DNA of 64,000 nucleotides from a virus. Made by a program: the position numbers and the translations under genes. The notes below the pieces were generated by a model. The model saw nothing but the letters and a program-made list of their open reading frames with translations. It made no database searches and was not told the DNA's origin. The stretch is from the IMG/VR virus record IMGVR_UViG_3300032061_000001, positions 1 to 64,000 of that record, one strand, 5' to 3'. Position 1 is the stretch's first letter, and the number at the start of each line of letters is the position of its first letter. Shown here one piece after another: positions 37,421 through 46,265 of the stretch.

Positions 37421-38308
37421 TTATCCACCATAAAATGCGCCATAAGAAGCACCATATCCAGCACCCTCTGTTCCATATCCTGGAATAAATGGAGGGGGGA
37501 TGACATAATCAGTATTCGTTTCAGAAGAATTTCCAAAGTTTAAGCAATATTCATCATGATTTGGAGCCGGACAAAAAATAAATAATCGTTTCCCGGCCAA
37601 CGCGATATTGAAGAATATTTGATTGATGAACGATATTTTTTCGTAGTCTTTTGCTTCCAGATATAGATTAATGGAATCAGATTCTGATTTGGTATTCCAT
37701 TTGAAGGTGTCTTTCCTGGAATCTTCGAGAGTGAAATTGGTTAATCCATATTTGGCGAGTGTTTTTCGTAATGCGATTAAAGATGAACTTTGCCCAAACA
37801 ATCCAGTAATGGCCCTCGCCATATACTCCGAATCCGTTTCGGGAATGCCATTAATAATCAATCGTTGGCTTTGAAATATAGCCTCCCAGAAATATAATAG
37901 ACCGTCAACTGTTGCCAACCATGGATTTGTCTCAGTTAAAAATTGGTTTCTCCTCCTATCCAATTTCTGTAGAATGGCAGCAATTGCATCCAGCATGATA
38001 ATATTTGGATTGGTATAGATTAAAACATTATCTTCATCATCGATTTGTTCTATCATGTCGATGGTACAAGCATCATAGTTACCTGTCCCGACAATTCCCA
38101 ACTCGGATTTTAATTCTGCAAAAGTCCATTCATCTTTCTGATATTCGATATCATCAATGACAATAGATTCCAATTTATCAAGATAACTGTACCCGGCCAA
38201 TGAAAAATAGGATAATAGATCAAGCTCTTTTGTGATCATCCACGGCGGCATTTGATCGATTAATATTTTTCGATATTCTTTGATTGATAAATTGATTCCG
38301 TCTGCCAT
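37421..38308 (-). CDS. baseplate wedge protein (gpI-like)
   Basis: ATVDGLLYFWEAIF..ETDSEYMAR; follows the J-like gene. Confidence 0.6.
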   Translation of the reverse strand: MADGINLSIKEYRKILIDQMPPWMITKELDLLSYFSLAGYSYLDKLESIVIDDIEYQKDEWTFAELKSELGIVGTGNYDACTIDMIEQIDDEDNVLIYTNPNIIMLDAIAAILQKLDRRRNQFLTETNPWLATVDGLLYFWEAIFQSQRLIINGIPETDSEYMARAITGLFGQSSSLIALRKTLAKYGLTNFTLEDSRKDTFKWNTKSESDSINLYLEAKDYEKISFINQIFFNIALAGKRLFIFCPAPNHDEYCLNFGNSSETNTDYVIPPPFIPGYGTEGAGYGASYGAFYGG

Positions 38309-38309
38309 T

Positions 38310-39461
38310 TTATGGTATCGCCAATTTTGTGACTACGATATTTGTTATATTCCAAATACTCGTTGATGCAATCGTTTGCACCGTTGAGGGTGACAATGTT
38401 TCTTCATCATAATAATCCACATTATCTGGTTGATTATCGCCAGAAATCGCAGCTTGCCATTCAGTAGGTATGATTGATTCCCCTTGAACCAAATTATAAA
38501 CATAAGTCGTTATTTTCGATTGAATCTCTAATTCGACGGCTGCTTCCTCTTCAACTGACAATATTTTGGTTGGAACATAATCAACCGAAAACGCTATATC
38601 TTCTGTTGTTACCGCTTGAATTACTACATTTTGACCGGCCCCCTGCTTTCCATCCAGCTCATCGTTTCCGGTTAATTCTAATTGTATGGCATCAATAAGT
38701 TCTATAGATGGAACTCCCAGACTCGACTGGATAGACATAATGATTTCGCCATAGCGATCCGGGTCTAATAATTCGGGGTCAGTATGTTTCCATGGGAATG
38801 ACATCAGGACATCTTTGACACTTTCAATGATTGCCCCATTAATATCAGTAAGAGTCACATTCTCTGCTGCTGTTTTTAATGCAGGCGCTGTCCCATGTGC
38901 TTTAGCTTTTAATGCCCCTTCAATTCTTAATGTTCTGGCATAATCAGTCTCTTCATCCGTACCATTATTGATTATTAATGGATTACTCCCGGATTGATAA
39001 CTGGCCGTTAGAAATAAAGTATCGACAGAAAAAGATATATCCGCTCCAGAGTTATCCGCCAAGATTTGCACATTTTTTGTCTCGATATTTGTAAAGGTTA
39101 CTTCTGCAACAACTTCTGCTACTTTATTACCCGTCTCACTGGAATATACAGGTTCTCCGATGGGGATTACAATTGATTGTGTTGAGGTAATATTCAAATT
39201 ACCAGAAGCTCTACTGGCTGGAATTGGTTCCACGCCAGCCAGTAAAAACATCGTCTCTCGTGCTTGTTTTTTTACTTCTGCTTCAAGAGTATCTTGAGAA
39301 ATTGCGGCAACATCGCATAATCCCTCTCCTAGACTTCTTAATGGTGCTGCAATGGTGAAATCAAATCCCTCTTCATTCTGAATATCTGACGGGGTCCTGG
39401 CGGTAAGAGCCTCTATAAACTTCTGCAGGAAATCATCTTTTGTTTTTAGATTTGTCGCCAT
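38310..39461 (-). CDS. baseplate J-like wedge protein
   Basis: ASRASG..IPIG..NGTDEETD..R..GT..AL. Confidence 0.85.
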   Translation of the reverse strand: MATNLKTKDDFLQKFIEALTARTPSDIQNEEGFDFTIAAPLRSLGEGLCDVAAISQDTLEAEVKKQARETMFLLAGVEPIPASRASGNLNITSTQSIVIPIGEPVYSSETGNKVAEVVAEVTFTNIETKNVQILADNSGADISFSVDTLFLTASYQSGSNPLIINNGTDEETDYARTLRIEGALKAKAHGTAPALKTAAENVTLTDINGAIIESVKDVLMSFPWKHTDPELLDPDRYGEIIMSIQSSLGVPSIELIDAIQLELTGNDELDGKQGAGQNVVIQAVTTEDIAFSVDYVPTKILSVEEEAAVELEIQSKITTYVYNLVQGESIIPTEWQAAISGDNQPDNVDYYDEETLSPSTVQTIASTSIWNITNIVVTKLAIP

Positions 39462-39823
39462 TAGCTCGTAAATGTTTCTGTGATTGAACCACCGTCTGCT
39501 TTAATAAGAGAATAGTTGAACGTCAAAATCCCTTTTTCGACAACGATTGATGCCTGATCTACAATGCAATCTATAAATCTTCCATCTTGCAATGTGCATT
39601 GTTTCATATCTGCCTGGATCCTCATATTACGTTCCGTTTCGCTGATTTCGGCGGTTAACGTATCTACAAATGGATTCCCATATTCTGGATATAAGCGATA
39701 TGTTACCTGCATGGAATGTGCTCTCGCTTCATGATCCTGAGCCAATAGAGCATCCCCATATATTAATGGCTTCCACCATTGAATTCGCCCATCGATAATC
39801 TCGAAATTTGCTCCCGTTGCCAT
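39461..39823 (-). CDS. baseplate gp25/W-like protein
   Basis: YPEYGN..LQDGRF; precedes the J-like gene. Confidence 0.65.
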   Translation of the reverse strand: MATGANFEIIDGRIQWWKPLIYGDALLAQDHEARAHSMQVTYRLYPEYGNPFVDTLTAEISETERNMRIQADMKQCTLQDGRFIDCIVDQASIVVEKGILTFNYSLIKADGGSITETFTS

Positions 39824-40209
39824 TATTTGAACTGTTTTGTCGAATGCTTTAAATCATTACAACTTGATCCGGGGAAGGTTAGTTTATCGAAATTGACGAC
39901 ATAATAGGTTTCACCATTGATGTTAATATTTCCTATCCTGAACTGCCGTTCTAATTTAATTCCCTCGCGTTTTTCGTAAGTATATTTTACAATCAAAGGA
40001 TCCGGATCATTGCCATTTTTGAAATAATTGATAAGATCTGCCTTGTTTTGAATGTCATAATTGATGGATTTTGAATCGCATGCGATAATATCTTTGACGT
40101 ATTCCGCCTGGTCAGAAGTTAATCGTTCTTCGGAAAACATTGAAAACGGAGAACAAGAAACTAGCAAAGAACTAATAAATAAAGCGAAACAAATAAAGAA
40201 GTATTTCAT
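39823..40209 (-). CDS. lipoprotein inserted in the baseplate operon
   Basis: Lipobox LLVSC. Confidence 0.6.
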   Translation of the reverse strand: MKYFFICFALFISSLLVSCSPFSMFSEERLTSDQAEYVKDIIACDSKSINYDIQNKADLINYFKNGNDPDPLIVKYTYEKREGIKLERQFRIGNININGETYYVVNFDKLTFPGSSCNDLKHSTKQFK

Positions 40210-40216
40210 ATTTTTC

Positions 40217-41113
40217 CTATTTCGGTATTTTTATAAATTCCCCGGGGGATAATACATAACCATCTATATATTGATAAATTTGTACCACATGATTAGGCGA
40301 GATATCAAATAGCAGTGCATCTTTAAGTTGTATAGTTTTTAAATCCTCGGATATCCAAAGTATTTCCGTCTTTTGCTGCTCCAAATTATTTAAATCTCTG
40401 GCGTTATTTGTTATTAAGATTTTTCCACCGGCCTTCACCCCTGTGGCTCCGACTTGTTTTGTAATACCGGTATATATTATAGATGATTCCCCCGCCAATG
40501 AAGAGCTTCCAATAACTGTGGCTTGCAATATGCTCGGAATATGAAATCTTTCAGTAATATAGGGATAGAGCAATTTATTAATAGCGATAATAGTTAATTT
40601 CCCAACCCCTACTCTTGCAATGAAATTATCAAGGCTCGTGTCTGTTGAAACAAGTCTGATTTCGCGAGTGTTAGCTGAGAACGAAACATCTTCTATGGAA
40701 GCTGCGGATACAAATTTAGTAAAATTATTTATGAATGCAAGCAATTCATCGGTTGTAGGAATAGTAATGTCATTGATAATGTCTTTTATATCAGATTGTA
40801 ATTTTGCTAAATCAGTATCGGACATTGTTAAAGGATCCGCAGATGCAAGGAAATTATCAATTCTTGTTATGGTTTCATCCGGAATATCAATGGGGGGCTT
40901 CAATCCAGCTGCAGAAATTCCGGCATCCGAAGCAATGGTTTTAACAGCATCCGATTGCAAAAAATCATCAATTGCGTTTGGATATTTTTCTTCAAAATTT
41001 GTTGATCTTGCCAATTGATAAAACCCGGATCCCATTTGAATCGTTTGCTGGTTTAGCTTATTGACGGTGTCTACAAATTCAGACCCGAGAAGTAATTCTT
41101 CGGTATCGGCCAT
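40217..41113 (-). CDS. baseplate protein
   Basis: IIAINKLLYPYI and VLSPGEFIKIP (degenerate LysM-like ends); position. Confidence 0.55.
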   Translation of the reverse strand: MADTEELLLGSEFVDTVNKLNQQTIQMGSGFYQLARSTNFEEKYPNAIDDFLQSDAVKTIASDAGISAAGLKPPIDIPDETITRIDNFLASADPLTMSDTDLAKLQSDIKDIINDITIPTTDELLAFINNFTKFVSAASIEDVSFSANTREIRLVSTDTSLDNFIARVGVGKLTIIAINKLLYPYITERFHIPSILQATVIGSSSLAGESSIIYTGITKQVGATGVKAGGKILITNNARDLNNLEQQKTEILWISEDLKTIQLKDALLFDISPNHVVQIYQYIDGYVLSPGEFIKIPK

Positions 41114-42105
41114 TAGAATTGAGCGATTCTTTGTATTTTATTGAGAGTATTATTGTTTGAAGCGACAAAAGCATTCAAATCCTGTACAACCGAATTTGGA
41201 AACGTTTTGTAAGTCAAAACTGTGTTCATCATTTGGTTTATACTATTTGAAATATTGACCAGTTTATTTGTGAAAGTGGAAAGCGGTCCTACTACCGGTA
41301 ATTCATCGAGGGTTGGTAACCTAAAAGAAGCTGCAAGCTGCAAAATATCATCAGGGATCTCTTTGAAATTCGCATCGAGTTTATCTTCTATTACAGTTGC
41401 ATTTATGCGCCATCCATAAGTGTAAGGAGCTTCTTTACTTATAAATAGTTGGAGATCTTTTGGCTGAATAGATAGAATAGATTTTGCCAATTCATCGACG
41501 ACTATAAATTCATATCCTGCTTTATTGGGGATGCCACCATATCCTATTTTTGGTTTTGATCCGTCCCCTCCTCCTATCAACAAACTTATTAACCCATTTA
41601 TGTTTAGCTTCGTCTCTTGATAATATCCCTTGGTTACCCAGATTTGAGAATATGGATCTTTTAAATCAAAATATAATTTAAAAAATCTCTCTAAATTGTC
41701 TGCCCAATCTTTCGGAGAGTATTTCGTCAGGGAGCTTTCTAGATCTAATGCGGTAGATAAAATGACATTGCGATCGGCTGCGGTCGGGAAGATTCCAGTC
41801 ATTGAAATATCTTTCAATCCAACGCCATAGGCTTCGGAAGAGATACCCGCGATAGCATTAACAGTTGATTGTCGCCCTGTAATCGTAGAACTATATTGTT
41901 GATAATAGAACGTTCTTCCCTCGAAATTAATAGGAAATTTGAATTCAGCGACTTGGGTTTGTTCTGCTACTGTCTTTTTCTGAGTATCAAAACGATCTGA
42001 TAACTTTGGGACAGACCCCTGATCCTTATTGGTAGAAGATCTTCCAAGGTCTTTTTTTTCGAGGATACGTAAAATTAGGTTGGGATATCCGAATTCGATG
42101 GCCAT
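41113..42105 (-). CDS. tail tube initiator / baseplate protein
   Basis: FKFPIN..YGVGLKDISMTG; position. Confidence 0.5.
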   Translation of the reverse strand: MAIEFGYPNLILRILEKKDLGRSSTNKDQGSVPKLSDRFDTQKKTVAEQTQVAEFKFPINFEGRTFYYQQYSSTITGRQSTVNAIAGISSEAYGVGLKDISMTGIFPTAADRNVILSTALDLESSLTKYSPKDWADNLERFFKLYFDLKDPYSQIWVTKGYYQETKLNINGLISLLIGGGDGSKPKIGYGGIPNKAGYEFIVVDELAKSILSIQPKDLQLFISKEAPYTYGWRINATVIEDKLDANFKEIPDDILQLAASFRLPTLDELPVVGPLSTFTNKLVNISNSINQMMNTVLTYKTFPNSVVQDLNAFVASNNNTLNKIQRIAQF

Positions 42106-42181
42106 TGCAAAACCGATTGATGTTTGTAATATCTATCATTATTCGGTTTTGCTGAGGGAGAGTCAAAGGGAAGCTTTTAGA

Positions 42182-42493
42182 TTAATAGAATGGATGCTCT
42201 TTTAACCAGTCCTCATATCTCCAATTTTTGCTGAAGTCTTCCTGATATCTCTTTTCATAAAACTTCAGATCAATTTCCAGAATTCTGACATTTCTGGAAA
42301 TAGCGTCAGAATATGGATTCTCTCTTCTCGGATCTCCCCGATAATTTCTGGATGCCCTTCTAAGATCATTAACATATTCCATCTGGAGGAATATTTCATC
42401 GACCAATTTAAGTTTATCCCAGTCAGTTGTTTGAGACAAAACAGAAGTTGCCGAAAGCAATAAAACAATAAGGAGTATAATCAACTTTTTCAT
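42182..42493 (-). CDS. secreted hypothetical protein
   Basis: Signal peptide MKKLIILLIVLLLSATSVLS. Confidence 0.6.
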   Translation of the reverse strand: MKKLIILLIVLLLSATSVLSQTTDWDKLKLVDEIFLQMEYVNDLRRASRNYRGDPRRENPYSDAISRNVRILEIDLKFYEKRYQEDFSKNWRYEDWLKEHPFY

Positions 42494-42507
42494 ATTTACC
42501 TTTGGTT

Positions 42508-42900
42508 TTAATTCGGGGGGTCAATCCAAGAAATATAGGGCCCCACCTTTATTCCATATACTAAAATTTCACGATTAGGGGAAAAAACGGTCACCCTATA
42601 ATGATCCTGCTTGAATATCTCTTCACAAATATTAACAAATTCTTTTCCATAAACTATTGCTTTATGTAACCTGGTTGATCTCGGCATAATGATAACGAGA
42701 GATAATTCTTTTTCATGCTCAAAAACAGCGATTTCGAATAACCCAGTATATGCTGTCATTCTTGCAAGCGCCAGCATTTTTTCGGGGGTCCTTGGTTCCT
42801 CAATATGGTTGATAATGACCTTTCTATATTGTGGATCTCGGCCGCATGCTGACAATAATAAAATTAAAAGAATTAACTTTTTCATCTTATTCCTCCTCAT
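42508..42900 (-). CDS. lipoprotein
   Basis: MKKLILLILLLSAC-G lipobox. Confidence 0.65.
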   Translation of the reverse strand: MRRNKMKKLILLILLLSACGRDPQYRKVIINHIEEPRTPEKMLALARMTAYTGLFEIAVFEHEKELSLVIIMPRSTRLHKAIVYGKEFVNICEEIFKQDHYRVTVFSPNREILVYGIKVGPYISWIDPPN

Positions 42901-43208
42901 CTGAATAGTTCTATTTGTTTTCGGATTGTAGTTTCTTCTTCATCGGTTTCGATAATGAACGCGTTAATCGATTCCCCGAATTTTGGATCGATTTCGCGTG
43001 CTCTGACAGCCGACCAATATTCGAAATAACCATTGATTAGAATATAAGATTCGAATCCTGATCTCCTGACAATCAGCGGATTGATGACACATTGTGCAAC
43101 CAATATCAAACGGGCTGCATGGTCCAATTTTAACTCAGAAAAAGTTGTTCTGGATATATGGCATTGGACGTTCTCGACTAGGATTATCGATGGTAGTATT
43201 CGTCTCAT
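42897..43208 (-). CDS. stand-alone ParB/Srx N-terminal domain protein
   Basis: ARLIL..VINPLIVRRSGFESYILINGYFEYWSAVRAREID. Confidence 0.7.
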   Translation of the reverse strand: MRRILPSIILVENVQCHISRTTFSELKLDHAARLILVAQCVINPLIVRRSGFESYILINGYFEYWSAVRAREIDPKFGESINAFIIETDEEETTIRKQIELFR

Positions 43209-43311
43209 ATTATTTCCTTTTTGTAACATACTGGCAGCACTTTGAATTCACAGGACCGATTACTCTGGTTTATATCGGCTTTGCCAGTTTGTGCCACCGA
43301 TATGCAGGGAG

Positions 43312-43539
43312 TTACTTTTTATTCAATATCTCAATAACATCATCACAGCTAATAATTGAAACTGTTTCAGAGCATTCCATACAACCGAGATAAAAAAATG
43401 TTTGTACATCATTTGTGTTCAACCTTCCCTGGACAACTCCATTTGAAATCGTATTTCCATAACCCCATTCTGATTTATTACTTCCACAGTTAGGGCATTT
43501 TATTTTTTCCATCTCGCATCCTGTTAGTTTTATTCCCAA
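43312..43539 (-). CDS. Zn-ribbon protein
   Basis: CPNCGS..GRL..LGCMECSET. Confidence 0.6.
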   Translation of the reverse strand: MGIKLTGCEMEKIKCPNCGSNKSEWGYGNTISNGVVQGRLNTNDVQTFFYLGCMECSETVSIISCDDVIEILNKK

Positions 43540-43763
43540 TTCATCAAAGAAATTAGGAATTCGTTAGCAGTGCTCATCAATTCGCGTTCTGAATTGATCT
43601 GTTCGAGAACGCGCCTATAATCGGATGAACCAACCACATTGATGAAATCTGTGTTGGTTTCCATCGAATCCATGATTATTTTTAGAAAAGAAAGCCTTGA
43701 TCGTGCCTGATCAATAGCCTTCTTCATATTGTCGTAGAGCTGTTGCTTGCTTGGTTTAGACAT
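43530..43763 (-). CDS. hypothetical protein (start revised to MSKPSK)
   Basis: RBS AAAGGA before ATG 43763. Confidence 0.5.
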   Translation of the reverse strand: MSKPSKQQLYDNMKKAIDQARSRLSFLKIIMDSMETNTDFINVVGSSDYRRVLEQINSERELMSTANEFLISLMNWE

Positions 43764-43780
43764 TGTTTTCCTTTTTTGAA

Positions 43781-43993
43781 ACACACCGGCAACCATGCGG
43801 GGAATCGAACCCATGCCGACTCGAACGGCTTTGGTTGCTACCAGCACCCCACGATGCCTTGGTTTTACCCAAGCTGCGCCTACAGATGCATAGCTGCCGG
43901 TGTGTATTGTTATTGAATATCATCAGAGCACACAGATTTTACATTGCTGTCTGGCTATGTGCTTAGATGATAGCCGGATTGCTCCGGGTGGCT
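43781..43993 (-). ncRNA. candidate structured ncRNA with two tandem T-loop hairpins
   Basis: 18-bp closing stem enclosing CTTGG/CCAAG, TGCT-GGT-AGCA, GCCG-TTCGAGT-CGGC, GGG-TTCGATT-CCC; upstream CCGGA-GCAA-TCCGG and a long hairpin. Confidence 0.65.
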
Positions 43994-43994
43994 G

Positions 43995-44222
43995 TTAGTG
44001 TCCCACAGGAATTGCTTTCAATTCCTGTGCGGTAAAAATTACCTGCTTCATCAGAGTCTCACCTACGGGAAGGTAAGCCCCATATATCAATTCTGCTCCA
44101 AACTCTTTGCTGACGGATCTCAGAGTCCTGTTATATTCGGATTCTGATATTTTCCCTGACTTCAACAGTTTGGCTGCATCCATCAGGGTTTGTTCCATAT
44201 GCATTGTTTTCGTGTATTCCAT
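43995..44222 (-). CDS. hypothetical protein (start revised to MEYTKT)
   Basis: The track start is the TTG of the -35 box; ATG 44222 lies downstream of the promoter. Confidence 0.55.
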   Translation of the reverse strand: MEYTKTMHMEQTLMDAAKLLKSGKISESEYNRTLRSVSKEFGAELIYGAYLPVGETLMKQVIFTAQELKAIPVGH

Positions 44223-44253
44223 CTTTTTTCTCTCTGTTGAGACTTGTTTGACT

Positions 44254-44306
44254 AATGTAATTATAGAATACTTTAATACTTTATAATATGTCAATAAAAT
44301 AATGCA
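44254..44306 (-). promoter_or_regulatory. sigma70 promoter; near-identical inverted copy of 60623-60675
   Basis: TTGACA-tattataaagtattaaag-TATTCT; 46/53 identity by manual alignment. Confidence 0.8.
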
Positions 44307-44322
44307 CTCATTATAAAAAATT

Positions 44323-45084
44323 TTATACTAATATGGGATGATTGAATATCTGATAGATCTTATCAATCACTTCGGCTTTAGCTGCTCTTTCTATCCCTTC
44401 TTTAATATAGGGTTCCGCATAGTTTACTGTCGCACCGATCACATCATTCGCCTGAACTCCGGGATGCCACCATGATGATGGGTCTGAATTTTCTGAGATA
44501 ACTCTGAATGTTCTGAATTGGGAATGTCTTCCTTTTTCATCCCTTGCGTTCGTCATTCCAGCATAGGGTCCATTCTGCCATTCATATCCTCGAGAATTCA
44601 CTAATCCAAAATCGCTCGGATCTTCTTTTGTTCCCATCTGATCGGTGAACTTTACTCCACTTTTCGCCATCGCTGCTTTATGAACAGAAGGCGACATGAC
44701 TTTACCGATGTTTCCTGAAGTACCAGGAATTGTATGGCGGAAGGGGATAATAAAATATTTTTTGCCGCTTTTTCCGGTCCTGGCTTTATCATTTTTCAAA
44801 AATCCAGGTTTCATATCGAAAGGTCCATAGCCATTTTGGATTCTTAACGCTTCTTCAATTCCCTGAGATCCCATAGAAATAATTGCTTGTAATGGAATCC
44901 CTGAAAACAGGCTTCCACCGATCATTTCTATTACATCACCCTGCAATCCAAGAAAGGATTGTAATCCAGTATTGTTTATCTGTCTGGACATTCCGGAAAG
45001 CATACCGCCATTATAACAAGAAGCCCAAACGTTTCTTACTGCATTGGCTAATCTTTCGAGTTCATCATAGGTATAATTTTGCAT
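44323..45084 (-). CDS. neck / head-tail completion protein (Twort/SPO1-like)
   Basis: GPFDMKPGFL..KYFIIPFRH..TFRVISENSDPSSWWHPG. Confidence 0.75.
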   Translation of the reverse strand: MQNYTYDELERLANAVRNVWASCYNGGMLSGMSRQINNTGLQSFLGLQGDVIEMIGGSLFSGIPLQAIISMGSQGIEEALRIQNGYGPFDMKPGFLKNDKARTGKSGKKYFIIPFRHTIPGTSGNIGKVMSPSVHKAAMAKSGVKFTDQMGTKEDPSDFGLVNSRGYEWQNGPYAGMTNARDEKGRHSQFRTFRVISENSDPSSWWHPGVQANDVIGATVNYAEPYIKEGIERAAKAEVIDKIYQIFNHPILV

Positions 45085-45086
45085 AA

Positions 45087-46265
45087 TTAATTTGGACCTA
45101 ATGTAGTACCAGATTCCCCTTCTGCCGGTGCCGTAAAATTATGAGTATGATCAGATACCGGCTCTGACATTGCCCCAACATTTTTAAGATCCATACCATG
45201 CAAATCCGCTATATTTGTTCCGGAATCATAGGATGGGGAAGATCCGGGACCTGGTGTTCCTGCTGATGCTCCTGGTAATGGTTTGCTTGTATTGTATCCA
45301 AGATCTCCAAGCGTGAGATGATTAATTAATGAAATAGCTGTGGTCATCCAATCCGCGATAATATCTCCTACAGCTTCGATCATCCCACCTATCGTCAAGT
45401 TACCTGTCATTTCCGATTCCGGGGAATCAACATAGAAAAAAGATGATGCATTTTCTTCTATATCAGGGGAAGTATCTTTTATTTTGGTTGTTGCATCTGA
45501 ATTTATATTATTGGCTTCAAGATTAATATTTCCTATTGCTGATAAATTTATGTCTTCAGCACTTACAATGTTAATGGTACCCGCCGCGGTATATTCTGAA
45601 TAAGAGCCTGAAGGATGCTCAAGTCTAGCAACGATTTCACCGCCATAATCAATTGAATTCTTTTCATGCGTTGGAAAAGGAATATCCAGGTCCATATCAT
45701 TAAGAGTTTTTCCTGCTCTCAATTTTAATCCGGATGGATGCCTGAACTGAATGTTTCCATCAGCATCATGGATATAATATGAGCCGTCATCATGGCGAAC
45801 TATTTTTCTACCAGGTTTCGAATTGTTTAAAAGAACTGAGCTTGGATTCAAAAATCTAAAGGAGCTTGCTGCAAATCCATATCCATTTCCAACCGATATT
45901 TTATAAACCAGGGCCTCGATATGATTGTCCAAAACATAATTATCGGAGGTTGGGTCGGCATTGCTTGAATTCGGGTTTCTTATTGTTGTGATATCCTGAA
46001 TCTTCTTTTCGGTTGCTATTTTTGGCGTCTGAATGGTACCGGTTTCTTCGAAAAAGTTTCCATAAACAACAACCCCCTGATATTCAATTAATCCATTTGA
46101 TATTGGTCTGGAGACATCCATCGTCTGTGATTTTGGATACCATGCGGTTACAAGAGCTGGAAAAGGGTGATCTTCATCTATTCTTCCAAGGTATCCTTCT
46201 TCCATCCGTGATCTTGATTTAAAATTCCCTTTCTCATCAGTTCGTGCTCTATGAAATATTTGCAT
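45087..46265 (-). CDS. baseplate central spike (gp5/gpV-like)
   Basis: HPSG beta-helix repeats, C-terminal HTH metal-binding apex motif (SDHTHN). Confidence 0.75.
   Translation of the reverse strand: MQIFHRARTDEKGNFKSRSRMEEGYLGRIDEDHPFPALVTAWYPKSQTMDVSRPISNGLIEYQGVVVYGNFFEETGTIQTPKIATEKKIQDITTIRNPNSSNADPTSDNYVLDNHIEALVYKISVGNGYGFAASSFRFLNPSSVLLNNSKPGRKIVRHDDGSYYIHDADGNIQFRHPSGLKLRAGKTLNDMDLDIPFPTHEKNSIDYGGEIVARLEHPSGSYSEYTAAGTINIVSAEDINLSAIGNINLEANNINSDATTKIKDTSPDIEENASSFFYVDSPESEMTGNLTIGGMIEAVGDIIADWMTTAISLINHLTLGDLGYNTSKPLPGASAGTPGPGSSPSYDSGTNIADLHGMDLKNVGAMSEPVSDHTHNFTAPAEGESGTTLGPN

Noticed and set aside
43229-43310. c-di-GMP-I riboswitch (GGCAAA...UGCC resemblance)
   Set aside because: Lacks the GNRA-capped P2 and the P3 receptor arm
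43763-43966. Track ORFs 43763..43966 (+) and the 5' extension of 43530..43847
   Set aside because: No clear RBS or protein-like features; they overlap the structured RNA and a better start exists at 43763
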